Assembly: GCA_937625935.1 (NCBI GenBank)
Contig: OW569378.1
Location: 372,001 to 436,000, forward strand
Reading direction: 5' to 3'
DNA from: Tetramitus jugosus
Taxonomy: Eukaryota > Protista > Heterolobosea
DNA length: 64,000 bases
Part shown: positions 41,467 to 53,200 of the stretch, piece by piece
Numbering within the stretch: the stretch's first letter is position 1
Layout of the letters: every line of letters begins with the position of its first letter
Made by a program: the position numbers and the translations under genes
The notes under the pieces: model-generated
Seen by the model: only the letters and a program-made list of their open reading frames with translations
What the model was told of the DNA's origin: nothing
Database searches by the model: none

Positions 41467-42031
41467 AAAACAAATATGTCAACAAAGGAAAATATTTTAC
41501 AAATCTAATATACAAAAACAAAGCTTTTTTCCTTTGGGAGGTATTCTATGACTCGCTAATCAACTCTGAATTCTTGTTATTGATTGATATGACTGGTGGA
41601 TGGTGCTTATCGCCAAAAGGGTAGAAATTGGTTAACTTCTCTGTGTGATGGCGTTTGGATTCCTTTAGTTCAAATGGAAACACCTTTGGTTGAATAAAAC
41701 CGGCTCTTGGTTCCTTGGACTTTTGTCTACGCTTTCCCAAGGGATCCCATTCGTGAGTAAACCTTTCTTCTCTAATGTTTTTCGAGACATGTCTCAGCAG
41801 TGAAACTGTCGGTGTTAGACGTAGTGTTCCCTGGTTGACCGAGATACCCAATGCACATTCGGAGAGTAATTTACTATTCATTCGATTCATCTTGCGTCTT
41901 ATGTGTTGGTTTGAAGAGTACTGTGTGACTTATTGCCAGAGTGACAATACAATGTATTTGGCTGATGTATGACTCATTTCGACTCCTCATTTCGCAAACC
42001 TATTTTTTACATTGAGATCACACTGCGGTTA

Positions 42032-45000
42032 CTATTTTGGGTTAGCATACCCGATCTGTAACAATTCGTAATCTTCTTGCATCGAATGTCCGACAGGATT
42101 GGTGTCCTTGAATTGAGAGATGTCCACGAGTTTCATCTCCTCAGACATTGGTAAGATGATATCGTTGAGTATTGCTTGACCCAAACCAGGACTGACAAGT
42201 GCCTGAATGCTCTTCAATGTCTTGGATAAAGCCCAATATTCTTGACCATAAATCATATCCCGATTCACTCTGTCAGACAATGTGTGAAGCAATGGTATCC
42301 ACAGCGAACTACTTTCATCCGAATCGTCAAGAACACCTTCCGTAGATGATTCTTTAGCGTTGTCCACCAGAGTTAGCGTAATGAACTCTAACAGTTCAAT
42401 CGTTTGAATCGTTATGACTTCATGACTCTGTTCCAGGAATATTCGTATACAGGCTATGCAGTCCTTGTAGCAGTCAGAATATATAACAACGTCAAAGTTT
42501 TGGTGCACCAGTGCAGAGAGATTAGCAAATGCGTGTTGCACTATCAAAAACTTCTCGAGAATCTCTCGTTCCTCTATTGTTTGGCTTTGGTGGACCAGAG
42601 ATCCTATTTTCACAGATATCGCCAGAATCTGAATGATATGCTTGCTTGCTTGACAATCAACAGTCTTGGGAAGGCTGACCATAATCGTTCCCACGCTCTG
42701 CACAACTGCATCCATCACATAAATCTTATCGGATGTGGAGTTGATGTTCATGAATACATCAAGTATTTCGATGATGGTTACAAAGTTTCGAGACAACATG
42801 GAGAGTCCCAGAGCTTTTAAGCAGTTTATGGCACACAATATTACTCCTTTGGTGTTCTTTTGGGTCAAGATATCACATAATCCATGAGAGATGGTCTTCC
42901 AGAATTTCTTCATCTCTTGTTTCGGTCGATGAAGGTTGTAATTGAGAATTTCTGGTAATAAATTCGTAAAGAATATCTTGCTCTCTTGTTCTATGGGGGA
43001 AGATAAGTACTCCATGAGATATTCAAGAAATTCGTAGAAACCTTGTTCTGATAATTGAGATGTTTTCGGCCACAAATCAACGGAATATGCATAGAAAAGT
43101 TGATGATGAAGTTGGTTGTTGGAGTCCTTGTTTGGTAACTTCTGGTTGACTATGAACGCTATACATCGAAACACTTGAATCCAACAGTTTTCAAACTGAT
43201 TTCCATACTCCCCAGTTAGTCGAAACAATATCTTTAGATACTTAAATGTTTCATCTGAGTGGCTAAGTACTGTCGCTCTATTGGCGAGCGAAGCAATAAA
43301 ATGATACAACTTCTTGTTCATACCATGTTCGGCACTGATCACACAACATATCTCTGTTAGTGTACTGTATGCATCTATACTCACTAGATCAGGAGAATTC
43401 ACCAATGGATGCACGTACTCGAGTATTAATTCGAATAGAGAGAGAATGTAATCACTGTTGCCAGTATTTTTGGGCAAAATTGAACCACCGGATAGCACAC
43501 TGGAAGGAACATACTGCCTGCAGATGTAATTCATTTCATCGACAATCTGTTGTTGATTGAAGGACGAAGTGCTTCCCTTCACATGGCTCTTGACTGAAAG
43601 ACGGTCGATATCAGGAAGTTTCCTCACCTGTTCGTAGCACTTTCGAACAAATTCATCACTGAATACATTTTTGTCGTAACTCAAGAAACTTCTTTGGAAA
43701 TGAGGTAACGTTGTTTGCTTATTCCGAATACAATCAACGATACATTTGACCAGAAACATTAGATCTTCCTCTTTTAGTATGGAGCTGACATTGTCCCTCT
43801 TGAACTTTCTAACAAATTCGAGGATCAATACATCGTGTTTCATCTGCCGTATATCCAAATTGATCGTCTGTAAATACATGTATGTGGATAGTACGATATC
43901 TCTATTCTTTAGAAACAGATTATCAACAAAACGATGAAGCAGCTCAGGATGAGAACACAACAAGTTTGCTGTTCGACTCCGATCTAATCCATTGGAGTGC
44001 AAAAATAATGCCACATCTTCATCTTCATCGTTAATAAAGTGATTATGTTTGAATAGTTTGATTGCGACCTCCTCGTTCACTGTATTATAATGTTTCATGA
44101 ATGATTGGAAATCTTTTTTTCTCTCACGAATTAAGGCAAGAGGATATTCATCTGTTGGCTTAGAATCACACTTTCGGACAGCACATAATAATTGGATTAG
44201 AAACTTCAGAGAATCGTTTCTCATTGTTGAATCATTCGTAATCACATATTGTAATGATTCTAGAAGTTCATGAATCACATTGTGACAGAGAGTATTGCAA
44301 TCGAACAGACTAAATAATTCTATCAGAATGGTGGGATTTCGACCTAGCATGTCAGACAAACTTTGGATAATTTCTTTCTGCAGAGCCGATCCAGATACTG
44401 GCAACAAGTGAAATGTAATCCTCAGTAAAAGTTCCAATTCTAACTTCATTCTCTGACGGCATTGCTCTACTAATATTTTCACGATGGTTATGCTTTTCTT
44501 AAACAACACCGTGTTCCCATAGGTTAGATTGATTAATAAGGATTGAACCATCGGGAGTTTTACATAGTTACAGAAGAAGTCAGAATCGGACAACTTGTGT
44601 GCCGAAGTTTGTAACACCTTTTTCAGTATTTTCAGGGCTAACCTATGTAACTGAATTTCGATAGCGACGTCTTCTCTGGTCGTGGCCACTTCCTTCATCG
44701 ATAAATTACAGATGATGCGAAGGAGTAGGACCACATCAATTTGAAACTCACTGTGTAAGTTATTATCTGGCTGTGAAAGACTCCGCTCTATGCACACATT
44801 AAGTATCTGTACCAGTGTATTCTGTGCCTTTTTCAGGCAACTCTGTCTTGCAATTGATACTGAAGTTGGGTGACTTGTTTGTTTCAAGTCATCTGAACTA
44901 TTCATACAAATAGAAAAACATGTCTGGGTCGCGAGAGTCAATCCTTCTCCATGAACTCTACAAGTGAGTATCGTACAGAGTAGTGTGTTCAATATATCGG

Positions 45001-45556
45001 TCGCGACAGATATCGTCTCTATATTGTCTAACCTCTTTTCTACTTCATCTGCATAGCAACAGCACACGTTGTTTATGATTGCTCCCCCTATATCATCATT
45101 CTCCTCTGGAACACATCTCGCTGATAGCAACTTTTGAAGACAGTCGAACAATAATCTCAAAACTGATACTTTCCGTATGGTTTGAATAGCCAGGAGTAGA
45201 GGTGTAAAGTATTGATGGGGATTTGTCTTCACTGATCTTAGTGGATCCTCCATTCCACCAACTCTATCAAAAACAGATGCTAAATGAAGGGATTCATGAC
45301 TGTTTCTAGCAATATCATTCAGCACAACTTCACACAACTTTCGAAGTTCTGACCTTTGTCCTGATAGGTGCGAAATGATGCTCCTCATTGTTTTTTCATA
45401 ATAGAATAGGGTGACAACCTTTCGATTTTTTTGCTGTTTCGCTGGTGACCATGAAGATGGACTACTGGGTGGACTGTCCATGGAGGACGAGCTGCTCATG
45501 GTGTCAATCGTGCATTGGTGGCTTGACCTCATCATTCTCGATATGCTTGTTTTCAT
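42032..45556 (-). CDS. Large Arf-GEF (BIG/Sec7-type) scaffold protein with degenerate Sec7 domain
   Basis: DCB-like N-terminus (FDCLQKL, VHGEGL), HUS box-like LFDCN, Sec7-like DVALFLHSNGLDRS, HDS-like ENCWIQVFRCI. Confidence 0.7.
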   Translation of the reverse strand: MKTSISRMMRSSHQCTIDTMSSSSSMDSPPSSPSSWSPAKQQKNRKVVTLFYYEKTMRSIISHLSGQRSELRKLCEVVLNDIARNSHESLHLASVFDRVGGMEDPLRSVKTNPHQYFTPLLLAIQTIRKVSVLRLLFDCLQKLLSARCVPEENDDIGGAIINNVCCCYADEVEKRLDNIETISVATDILNTLLCTILTCRVHGEGLTLATQTCFSICMNSSDDLKQTSHPTSVSIARQSCLKKAQNTLVQILNVCIERSLSQPDNNLHSEFQIDVVLLLRIICNLSMKEVATTREDVAIEIQLHRLALKILKKVLQTSAHKLSDSDFFCNYVKLPMVQSLLINLTYGNTVLFKKSITIVKILVEQCRQRMKLELELLLRITFHLLPVSGSALQKEIIQSLSDMLGRNPTILIELFSLFDCNTLCHNVIHELLESLQYVITNDSTMRNDSLKFLIQLLCAVRKCDSKPTDEYPLALIRERKKDFQSFMKHYNTVNEEVAIKLFKHNHFINDEDEDVALFLHSNGLDRSRTANLLCSHPELLHRFVDNLFLKNRDIVLSTYMYLQTINLDIRQMKHDVLILEFVRKFKRDNVSSILKEEDLMFLVKCIVDCIRNKQTTLPHFQRSFLSYDKNVFSDEFVRKCYEQVRKLPDIDRLSVKSHVKGSTSSFNQQQIVDEMNYICRQYVPSSVLSGGSILPKNTGNSDYILSLFELILEYVHPLVNSPDLVSIDAYSTLTEICCVISAEHGMNKKLYHFIASLANRATVLSHSDETFKYLKILFRLTGEYGNQFENCWIQVFRCIAFIVNQKLPNKDSNNQLHHQLFYAYSVDLWPKTSQLSEQGFYEFLEYLMEYLSSPIEQESKIFFTNLLPEILNYNLHRPKQEMKKFWKTISHGLCDILTQKNTKGVILCAINCLKALGLSMLSRNFVTIIEILDVFMNINSTSDKIYVMDAVVQSVGTIMVSLPKTVDCQASKHIIQILAISVKIGSLVHQSQTIEEREILEKFLIVQHAFANLSALVHQNFDVVIYSDCYKDCIACIRIFLEQSHEVITIQTIELLEFITLTLVDNAKESSTEGVLDDSDESSSLWIPLLHTLSDRVNRDMIYGQEYWALSKTLKSIQALVSPGLGQAILNDIILPMSEEMKLVDISQFKDTNPVGHSMQEDYELLQIGYANPK

Positions 45557-45770
45557 TCTTCAAAGAATTTATCTGGAGAGGAGTCCTGAGAACAAAGAAA
45601 ATCTAGTGTTCGATATCTAAGAACAACGGCGTCACTGTAAATTCGTCGCCGATTATCTACAAATATTTTTGGACAGGTATTGACCGCGCACCCAATTTGG
45701 TTCTTTGCACAGGAATAAAAACAGAAAATTGCAGCCTTCTTGCTGAATTCTCCACAACAAATACTTGAAC

Positions 45771-46403
45771 ATGCTTCGATCCGGTGTCTATACTATTACT
45801 AACAAGTCGACAGGACTCTGTTTAGAATCGCCTCCTCCCAATGCAAAGCAACTCTCGCAAGCTCATCCAAGAGCATCCATGACTCCTTCTTCCATACTCC
45901 ACGATGGAGGAGTCAACAAGGAATGGTTCATTGAAGAAGTGGGTAATGGGCGGTACTTGATCAAGAATACGCACAATATGGCTCTGGATTCAAACGAGAA
46001 TGTCCCTCAACAGGACCACTCTCATTCAATGCCCTTCCTGTACAGTGCAAGCTCAACGTCACCCAACCATCGATGGATTATTGAATTTTCGGGAGAACCC
46101 GACACTTTTTTCATTCTGTCAGAATACAATGGTAAGGCATTGGATGGCAATGTTGATGGTGCGCAACAAACAGATTATGCCAACAAGGCTCCGTTCCTGT
46201 GGCCTCTGAACAGACAAGCTCAGAATCACAAGTGGATCATTTCTCCAGTGAGAGGACAATACAATCCTCCTAGTTATCCACCGAGCTATCCTCAGACGAA
46301 TTATCCCAGTGGCGGAGATGAAATTCATCCTTCTGCTCCTCCCACACAACACAGCTCTGGTGGTTCAAACAATCCAAATTGGAGCAGTGGAGGTGGTTAC
46401 TAA
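45771..46403 (+). CDS. Ricin-type beta-trefoil (R-type lectin-like) protein with Pro/Tyr-rich tail
   Basis: Three subrepeats ending NKEW/NHRW/NHKW, with YTITNKSTGLCL and ALD motifs. Confidence 0.75.
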   Translation: MLRSGVYTITNKSTGLCLESPPPNAKQLSQAHPRASMTPSSILHDGGVNKEWFIEEVGNGRYLIKNTHNMALDSNENVPQQDHSHSMPFLYSASSTSPNHRWIIEFSGEPDTFFILSEYNGKALDGNVDGAQQTDYANKAPFLWPLNRQAQNHKWIISPVRGQYNPPSYPPSYPQTNYPSGGDEIHPSAPPTQHSSGGSNNPNWSSGGGY

Positions 46404-46589
46404 ACCACAAATCTTCATCGATACAACTCTAAAATTCTTTCATTTTAAAACCTTCAACTATCTTGTTGTTATCTCTGAAATCTGTGTGTTGTCTGAGCCG
46501 CTCCAAACAACAAAGAGTTCAAAAAAAAACGCCAAAAAAACAACCAACAAAACCAACACACCACACCAACTCAACACACCACAACTCCA

Positions 46590-48965
46590 ATGATCACCAA
46601 CAACCAAAGAACGGACGGTAATATTTTGATTGATTCAACTGAACAGTTTCATCAAATATTGGCTCCCATTCTCGATCAAACAAGGATCATTGCCATTGAC
46701 TGTGAAGGCAGTCCAGATCTCAGTAAGACTGGTACTCTGTGCGTGTTGCAACTGTGTGCTGTTGTTGAAACTCATGACGAAAAAAGCGGAGAAAAGAGCG
46801 GAGAAACTATTGCGGCTTATGTGGTGGATGCCTTGGCAGAAGAAGGAGCGATAATTCAATTGTTGAAGCCTGTTTTAGAGTCGACTCTAGTGTTAAAGGT
46901 GATTCATGATGTGAGAAGAGATGCTGAAGCTCTATTTTTTCAGTTTGATATTTGCTTGGTGAACGTGTTGGACACTCAAGTGGCATATCGAATGATTTTG
47001 ATGAGTAATTTGTTGAATAGTCGGCACTATCAGTTGAATGAGTCGGTGATTCCGTGGAGAACGTTGAGCTTTGAGACGCATCTGTTGACTCTGTCGAGAA
47101 TTTATGGTTTTTTGGTTCATGCGATTCATGATGACTCAACGACGACAGCGACCATAGAGACTACAACGGATACGACAACTGAAACGAATACAAATAATTC
47201 TTTATTAATGGAACAAGTGGATCGGACGAATGTTGATTGGGACAATAATCAATTAATCAAATTGATTCGACAAGAAATTTCAACGGATTTTGTTACAAAC
47301 AGCAAGAATCAAGTTCAAGGCTTGGCACAAGTGATATGTGATGTGATTGTATCGAGTCATTTACATCCTAATAATATATGTGACAAAGCAAATACATTCC
47401 CCAAGTTCTCTGCACAGCTCTGTTACTCTCTTGTAAAGCATTTGGAACTCGGTAAGAAGCTCAAAACTGCCTTCAAGTCCGATTTCAAGAACCATTTAAT
47501 GGAAACCAATTTCGATAATCTCAAGAGACTCCAACAACAATTGATTCAATTTTTGAATGGTGCAGATCATTTTTCAACAGATAGTGACTGGCCAGTCATG
47601 TCTCATTCTGTTGCAAGGCACATGGCACTCTTTCACTTTAGGAAAATGTTGATGAATCATGCACGATTCCTAGGAGAGTTGTTCAATGTTGGTGCTGGTC
47701 TGTATACTGAATCAGCACTATTGAATGCATTGCAACTCATTGCCCAGAATGATGATGACATTAGAGATGAATCAGACAAGCTCACTTATCAGAAGATGAT
47801 TAGTGACTATCTTTGTACGATATTATCTATTGTAGGATCAAAGCTAGGCCGCGCAAAAACTCTCAACATACTCGAGCAGTTCAACTGGATAAACTCTGAG
47901 ATCCATTCTGCCCTGACTCAATCTGTACTTGATGCGATTCAAACTTCATTGGACCATGCTGATTCGAACGATGAAACAAAAGATGCGTCTACTGTGATCA
48001 ATATTACCATAGATCAAGAGAGTGAGCCAAAAGTTGAAGATATAGTCCCGTTTAGAACAATGCTTGCCGATATATCTTTAGTGAAAATGCTACTTCAATG
48101 CACAGATATTGACTATTCTGAGAAGATGGAACACAGATCAAGTGTTCGCGAAGATCCTGAATATTGGAAGGTGAGACCACTATCGCCAGAGCTTGCTGAT
48201 ATCGCAGCCAAGGATGTCTTGAATCTGATACCACTGTATGAAGCGATTCGATTTTTGGTGGCTATTGACAGATTCAGGTATCCAGAAAACTTCAAACACA
48301 TTGCGAACCAAATCATCGAAAAGAGTGATTTATATGCATCTACCATCAGACTATTCGGTTATGTGGAGTTGACACCTGCATCCTATACACCCTTTGATCT
48401 GTACAATAAGCAATTCGTCAAGTTTGAACATAAGGCATCAGACTCCACATCAGAGCACCAAATACTTGTCATTCTAGATGTAAAGCAGAACATGGGTCGG
48501 ATTATTGGTCGCTTCGGAAGGAACTTACAAGCTCTTCAAATCATGTCTCCATCGGTCAATGTATTTACCTTTAGAACAGCTCCCAACAGACTCTACCTCA
48601 TTGGTATTGAAGAAGAGATACAAACATTTATTCAGAACCTGCCCAAGAATGCAAACGTGTTTATGCACAAGGAAAAGTACTCGAAAGCTTTGAACAGGAA
48701 CATGAATCTGATACAAGTCGAACAAACCTCAAACTGTTCCATCTATGTGTTTGAACAAGGTGAGAACAAGAAGATTCGACTATGTGGTACTGACGTTCAA
48801 ATCGACCAGGCCAAACGTATGATTGCCCAGTACACCACCGCTACAGGTACCAATCACAATCAACAATTTTTATTCATCCCTCCGTCCATCACCACTACCA
48901 CCACCTCTTCACCATCAAATGATACCCCTCCTCCCTCCTCAAACAACAACTCTCTCCAACAGTAA
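46590..48965 (+). CDS. EXD1/egalitarian-like 3'-5' exonuclease with internal MIF4G-like domain and C-terminal KH domains
   Basis: IAIDCEG, KVIHDVRRD, DTQVAY, WKVRPL..AAKDV; central FSAQLC..RFLGELFN; MGRIIGRFGRNL KH motif. Confidence 0.8.
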   Translation: MITNNQRTDGNILIDSTEQFHQILAPILDQTRIIAIDCEGSPDLSKTGTLCVLQLCAVVETHDEKSGEKSGETIAAYVVDALAEEGAIIQLLKPVLESTLVLKVIHDVRRDAEALFFQFDICLVNVLDTQVAYRMILMSNLLNSRHYQLNESVIPWRTLSFETHLLTLSRIYGFLVHAIHDDSTTTATIETTTDTTTETNTNNSLLMEQVDRTNVDWDNNQLIKLIRQEISTDFVTNSKNQVQGLAQVICDVIVSSHLHPNNICDKANTFPKFSAQLCYSLVKHLELGKKLKTAFKSDFKNHLMETNFDNLKRLQQQLIQFLNGADHFSTDSDWPVMSHSVARHMALFHFRKMLMNHARFLGELFNVGAGLYTESALLNALQLIAQNDDDIRDESDKLTYQKMISDYLCTILSIVGSKLGRAKTLNILEQFNWINSEIHSALTQSVLDAIQTSLDHADSNDETKDASTVINITIDQESEPKVEDIVPFRTMLADISLVKMLLQCTDIDYSEKMEHRSSVREDPEYWKVRPLSPELADIAAKDVLNLIPLYEAIRFLVAIDRFRYPENFKHIANQIIEKSDLYASTIRLFGYVELTPASYTPFDLYNKQFVKFEHKASDSTSEHQILVILDVKQNMGRIIGRFGRNLQALQIMSPSVNVFTFRTAPNRLYLIGIEEEIQTFIQNLPKNANVFMHKEKYSKALNRNMNLIQVEQTSNCSIYVFEQGENKKIRLCGTDVQIDQAKRMIAQYTTATGTNHNQQFLFIPPSITTTTTSSPSNDTPPPSSNNNSLQQ

Positions 48966-49041
48966 ATAAATACAAAAGGAACTTAGACAAACCCCAATTA
49001 CGTGTTCTCTTGTTCATCTGCTTCAACAACAACAAAAATAG

Positions 49042-50208
49042 ATGAGAAAAACAACAACAAAAATGCCACAACAACAACCAAAATCAACATCATCCTCACC
49101 AACATTAGAAAACCCTACTACAAATACCACCGTCATATCCATCACCAATCACAACAATCATTCATCAGACAATGCCATTGTCAATGACAACAATAACAAC
49201 CATAACACGAATGATACTGATGATGATGAACTCTTATATGTAACAACAACTGCAACTACAACAAGTGAGAATAAAGAAGAAGAAGAAGATGAGCTATTCA
49301 TGGTAGCATCACTAAAGAATAAAAAATCAAGTAATATAGTCGTTGGTGGTGGTCGTTTCACCTATCGTAGCAGTAACAACAACAATAACATGTACAGTTA
49401 TAACAATAACAATAGCTCTCATCTATTTTTAGGTAATAATGAACTACAGCAACAATTTTCAGTGATGGACGTTGTGAGACTAAGGTTCAGTAGACTACTC
49501 CAATCCAATATCTATCACGTATTTTATGTGATTATGATTGCAGTGTGTGTTGCGCTGTTTGTTTGGACGTTGATCAAGAAGGGTCACCCTGATAGCTTAC
49601 TGTTTTTGTATCTTGAAATTTTGGTCACGTTTGCGTTGATGACAGAAGTGACGTTGAAAATTTTTTTGGTTGAAGGAAGTGTGTATTTTCAGTCGTATTG
49701 GAATTGGTTGGATTTTGTGGTGAGTGTCATGTGTGTCATTAGCTTTATCATTTATTTGATAAAGAGAGGTGTGGAGACTAGGTGGGAAGCGTTGACGGAT
49801 ACGACTTTGATGACGTTTCGATACGTTTCTCAAATTGCACGGATTATTTTCTTTATTCAAAAGTATGTTGTTTTTTATTGTATTTGTTTTTTGTTGTTGT
49901 TTGGTTGTATTTGGTTGTCTTGTTTTGTGTTTGATTGTAAGGGGGAAAAATTTAGCTTACAATCATTGTAATCATTTGTTTGATAATGTGTTTGTTTGTT
50001 GTGCAGGCAAAGGCGACAGAGACAATTTGCCAATCAGCAGTTTATTGATTTGTTTTCTGAGAGACACGAACTGTCATTGAACTCTTCGACGAGAAGATCA
50101 GACGATGATCGCCAAGATCAAGAACATGACCACCATGGTCATTTAATGTTGAATCACTCGGATGAATACGAAGATGATTCAGATGAGGAAATGTTTGTTC
50201 GAACATGA
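49042..50208 (+). CDS. Stand-alone voltage-sensor-like (4-TM Ion_trans) protein; two exons (intron 49863-50006)
   Basis: S2 E..K, S3 YF..WNWLD and S4 FRYVSQIAR; no pore domain. In-frame GTATGT..TGCAG splice. Confidence 0.75.
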
Positions 50209-50278
50209 GCTAAGTAACAAGAAATAAGTATCTCTAAATAGAAACAAAACTTCAAGATTGTATTATAGCGAATTCGAG

Positions 50279-53200
50279 TTAGAATAGATAAACAGACTGC
50301 TTTTGTTTGTCTTGTTTCCACTTTGGCAACTTTGCAAAGGCTTCACGCGTCATCTCAAACACGATTCTGAACTCAAGGTCACTCAGATAGGTTTCCAGTA
50401 TTGTAGGATCAACACCTTTGGGCAGTGGATCTCTCAGTAATTCATCATACGAGAATGTTGTACGAGCCAACTCCTGCAACTTGTCACTTAACAACTCTAA
50501 TTTCGGTGTGGATTTCTTTCCCTTGTTATCTGATGAGTCGGCAGAACGATTGACTTGCTCTTGAATCTCCTTCATTAGTCGATCTCTGTATGGACCCCAA
50601 GATTGGAAGTGTGTTGTGAATTGAGCAGGTTCCTCACATGGTCTCACAATGAACATTCGTTTTTCAATGTCCTTTGGTCTATCTGGCTCATCTTTTAGCC
50701 CAGATTTGCATTGGGCATACTTGGCAGCAACTTCCATTGCCATTTTCTGTACGAAATGCATGGACGTTGTTCCAATCCACAAGAAAATCTCATTATCAAC
50801 ATCGAGCATCATGACATTAGAATTATCTAAGTCTTCTTGTGCCATGTTGTATACACGATCCACAACAACTGCTCCAGTCGCACCGTTGAAAATATAGAGT
50901 CGCTTGAGCTGTCGAACTCCCTGTTCGTCCATGATGGCTTTGTTTTGTCGTTTAAGTGCAATTCTGTCAATGGCATTAATGTTCATCAGCTTGTAGAATT
51001 CATCAGTCTCTTCACCTTGGTTAACTGTTTTGATTGATGGCGCGCGATCAACTATCTTCTTGATAAGATCTGTCGCAGCTGAATGCTCTGTTGGGTGACT
51101 GAATTTTCCCTTCCATATGAAAGCATTCTTCTGGTCGCTACTAATAATGACAGAAACATGATTCTGGTTGAGTTGATCCTTATTGACTTCATATGTCTCA
51201 ATTGCTCGCAACTTTGCATTTCTTAAATCTCTGTATTCACTGGAGAGTCTCACATCAAACATTCGAATCGGATTCTGCTTGAGTCGATTCACATAGTTGG
51301 CGTACTTCCCATTGTGGATGACGAGTTGATTCTTGAACAGTGCCAAGAAATGTTTGGTCTCGTGCTGCTGTGTAATACGGAGCTGAGGTGCACTTTCAAA
51401 CTCTGATGAAACATCAATAGTTAACAAAGCAGAAGCACCCTTCTCATTGATCGAACTATCTCTTCCCTGCCAGAAATAAACTAGATAATTGTCTTTGTTC
51501 GAAGTCTTGTACGATGTCATAATCACAAATGAATCACCACTGAAGAATTGACCATAGAGTGAATTAGGGTATGGTGTCTTCTCGAATCCTTCCACTCGCC
51601 AGACTGTAGTCACATTGGTCTCAGGACTTGGGTTTCCAAACATTGGATCATTTGGAGGCTCTAATCTCATCATTGATATTGGATCAATGACTTGTTGTAC
51701 TGCTCTTTGAGACACGTTGTTCTTACCCATCTTCTCTTGGTAGGCCTCCGAGCTGACGGCAATTGGCAGAACACCACCATAGTCTGACAATTTCTCTTTA
51801 AAGATCACGGGCTCACCATTTTCAATAACCTTTGTTGTGCTCGTCCATGTTGGTCTCCGCTCGCCCTGCTCCATTTTCATGGCAAACTTCTTGGCAAATT
51901 GTCTCTGCTCCTGCAATGATCCCTTACCTTCCCAGATGAATAATTCTGAGAAGCAATCAAGCAAGTAAACGTACTCACTCTTAAACAATGCCTTGGAGGG
52001 TTGCGATCCCTCATGGATCATCTTAACTTGTATCCTTCCCTTGACATCCGCTCCAGTCTTATTTGAGAGCAGATCGGTGGCTTGTAGTGATAACTTTTGT
52101 TGCTCCTTCTCTAAAATGTAACTAATTCTGTACAATTTGGTCTTGGAATCAATCCACTGTTCAAACTCTAGATCGTCTCCTCCCTGCTCTGCTGATCGAA
52201 CTGTCATGTTAGGTGGAGGAAGAGGTTGCTTCTTGTCCACAATCTTCAATTGCTTCTGAAGAATCAAGGACCAGAATTCTTGCTTTTCTGGTGTATTTTC
52301 ATCGTCCTTTTCATCAATGATGAACACCTTGGCATTTCCACCTCTTTCTTTGACACGAAGATTTGTACTGACATCAAGCCCTCTGGCCTTCTTGAACTTG
52401 GATGCCTTAGCTCCGTTCCATTGATAGATTACCTTTCCACAATCCAAGACGAACACATCTCCCGAATTAATGCTTTCGAACTCGATTGGGACAAGTCTAG
52501 ATCGAATTCTTTTCTTGCCCTTGATTTGAAGGAGCACCTTTTGCTGATTTTGCTTTACCTTAGTTGGATCTACTTGATTAGAGAACAGAGCATCCTCTTG
52601 TGCTTGGTTCTTTGGAACATCAGAGCCGGACAACAGTTTGACGACCACTGCCTCTCCATAAAGCTTACTGCCTGACATCCATTGAGCTCCTTCAGCACTC
52701 TCTCGTGTTGCGAATTTAATGTATCCCGTCTGAGAATTATTGTTCTCGTTCATCCATAATTTCAGTAACTCCACCTCACCAAACATGAGGAAAAGATCTA
52801 GGAAGTCCTTGTTTGATACCTTATGACTGACTGACTCAATCTTTAGATATCCTGGTTCACTTGAACGCTCCTTTGCCGCTGTTTGAGAAACCAACGTAAC
52901 AGAGATCTCGTGTCCATCAAGATTCATCATATCTAGACATAATGCCTGTTCAGCTGCGCTCATCTTCTTATAGGTGATGAATGCATGATCTTTGAACTTT
53001 CCAGTTCGTTGCAAATCGATCTTATCTATGACACCAAATACTTGGAAAGTGGAGCCAATATCATCTGCTGTTAAATTCTCTGAAATGGGATAAATATCAA
53101 TTTGACCGGGATCTTCTTCAACAGAACCCGATCCATCAATTGACTTTGATCTGGACAAAGATTTTCGTTTCTCTGATGGATCAGCCAATCCCATTGACTC

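Noticed and set aside
41546-41890. 114-aa minus-strand ORF
   Set aside because: No recognisable motif; it could be a real small gene but cannot be supported.
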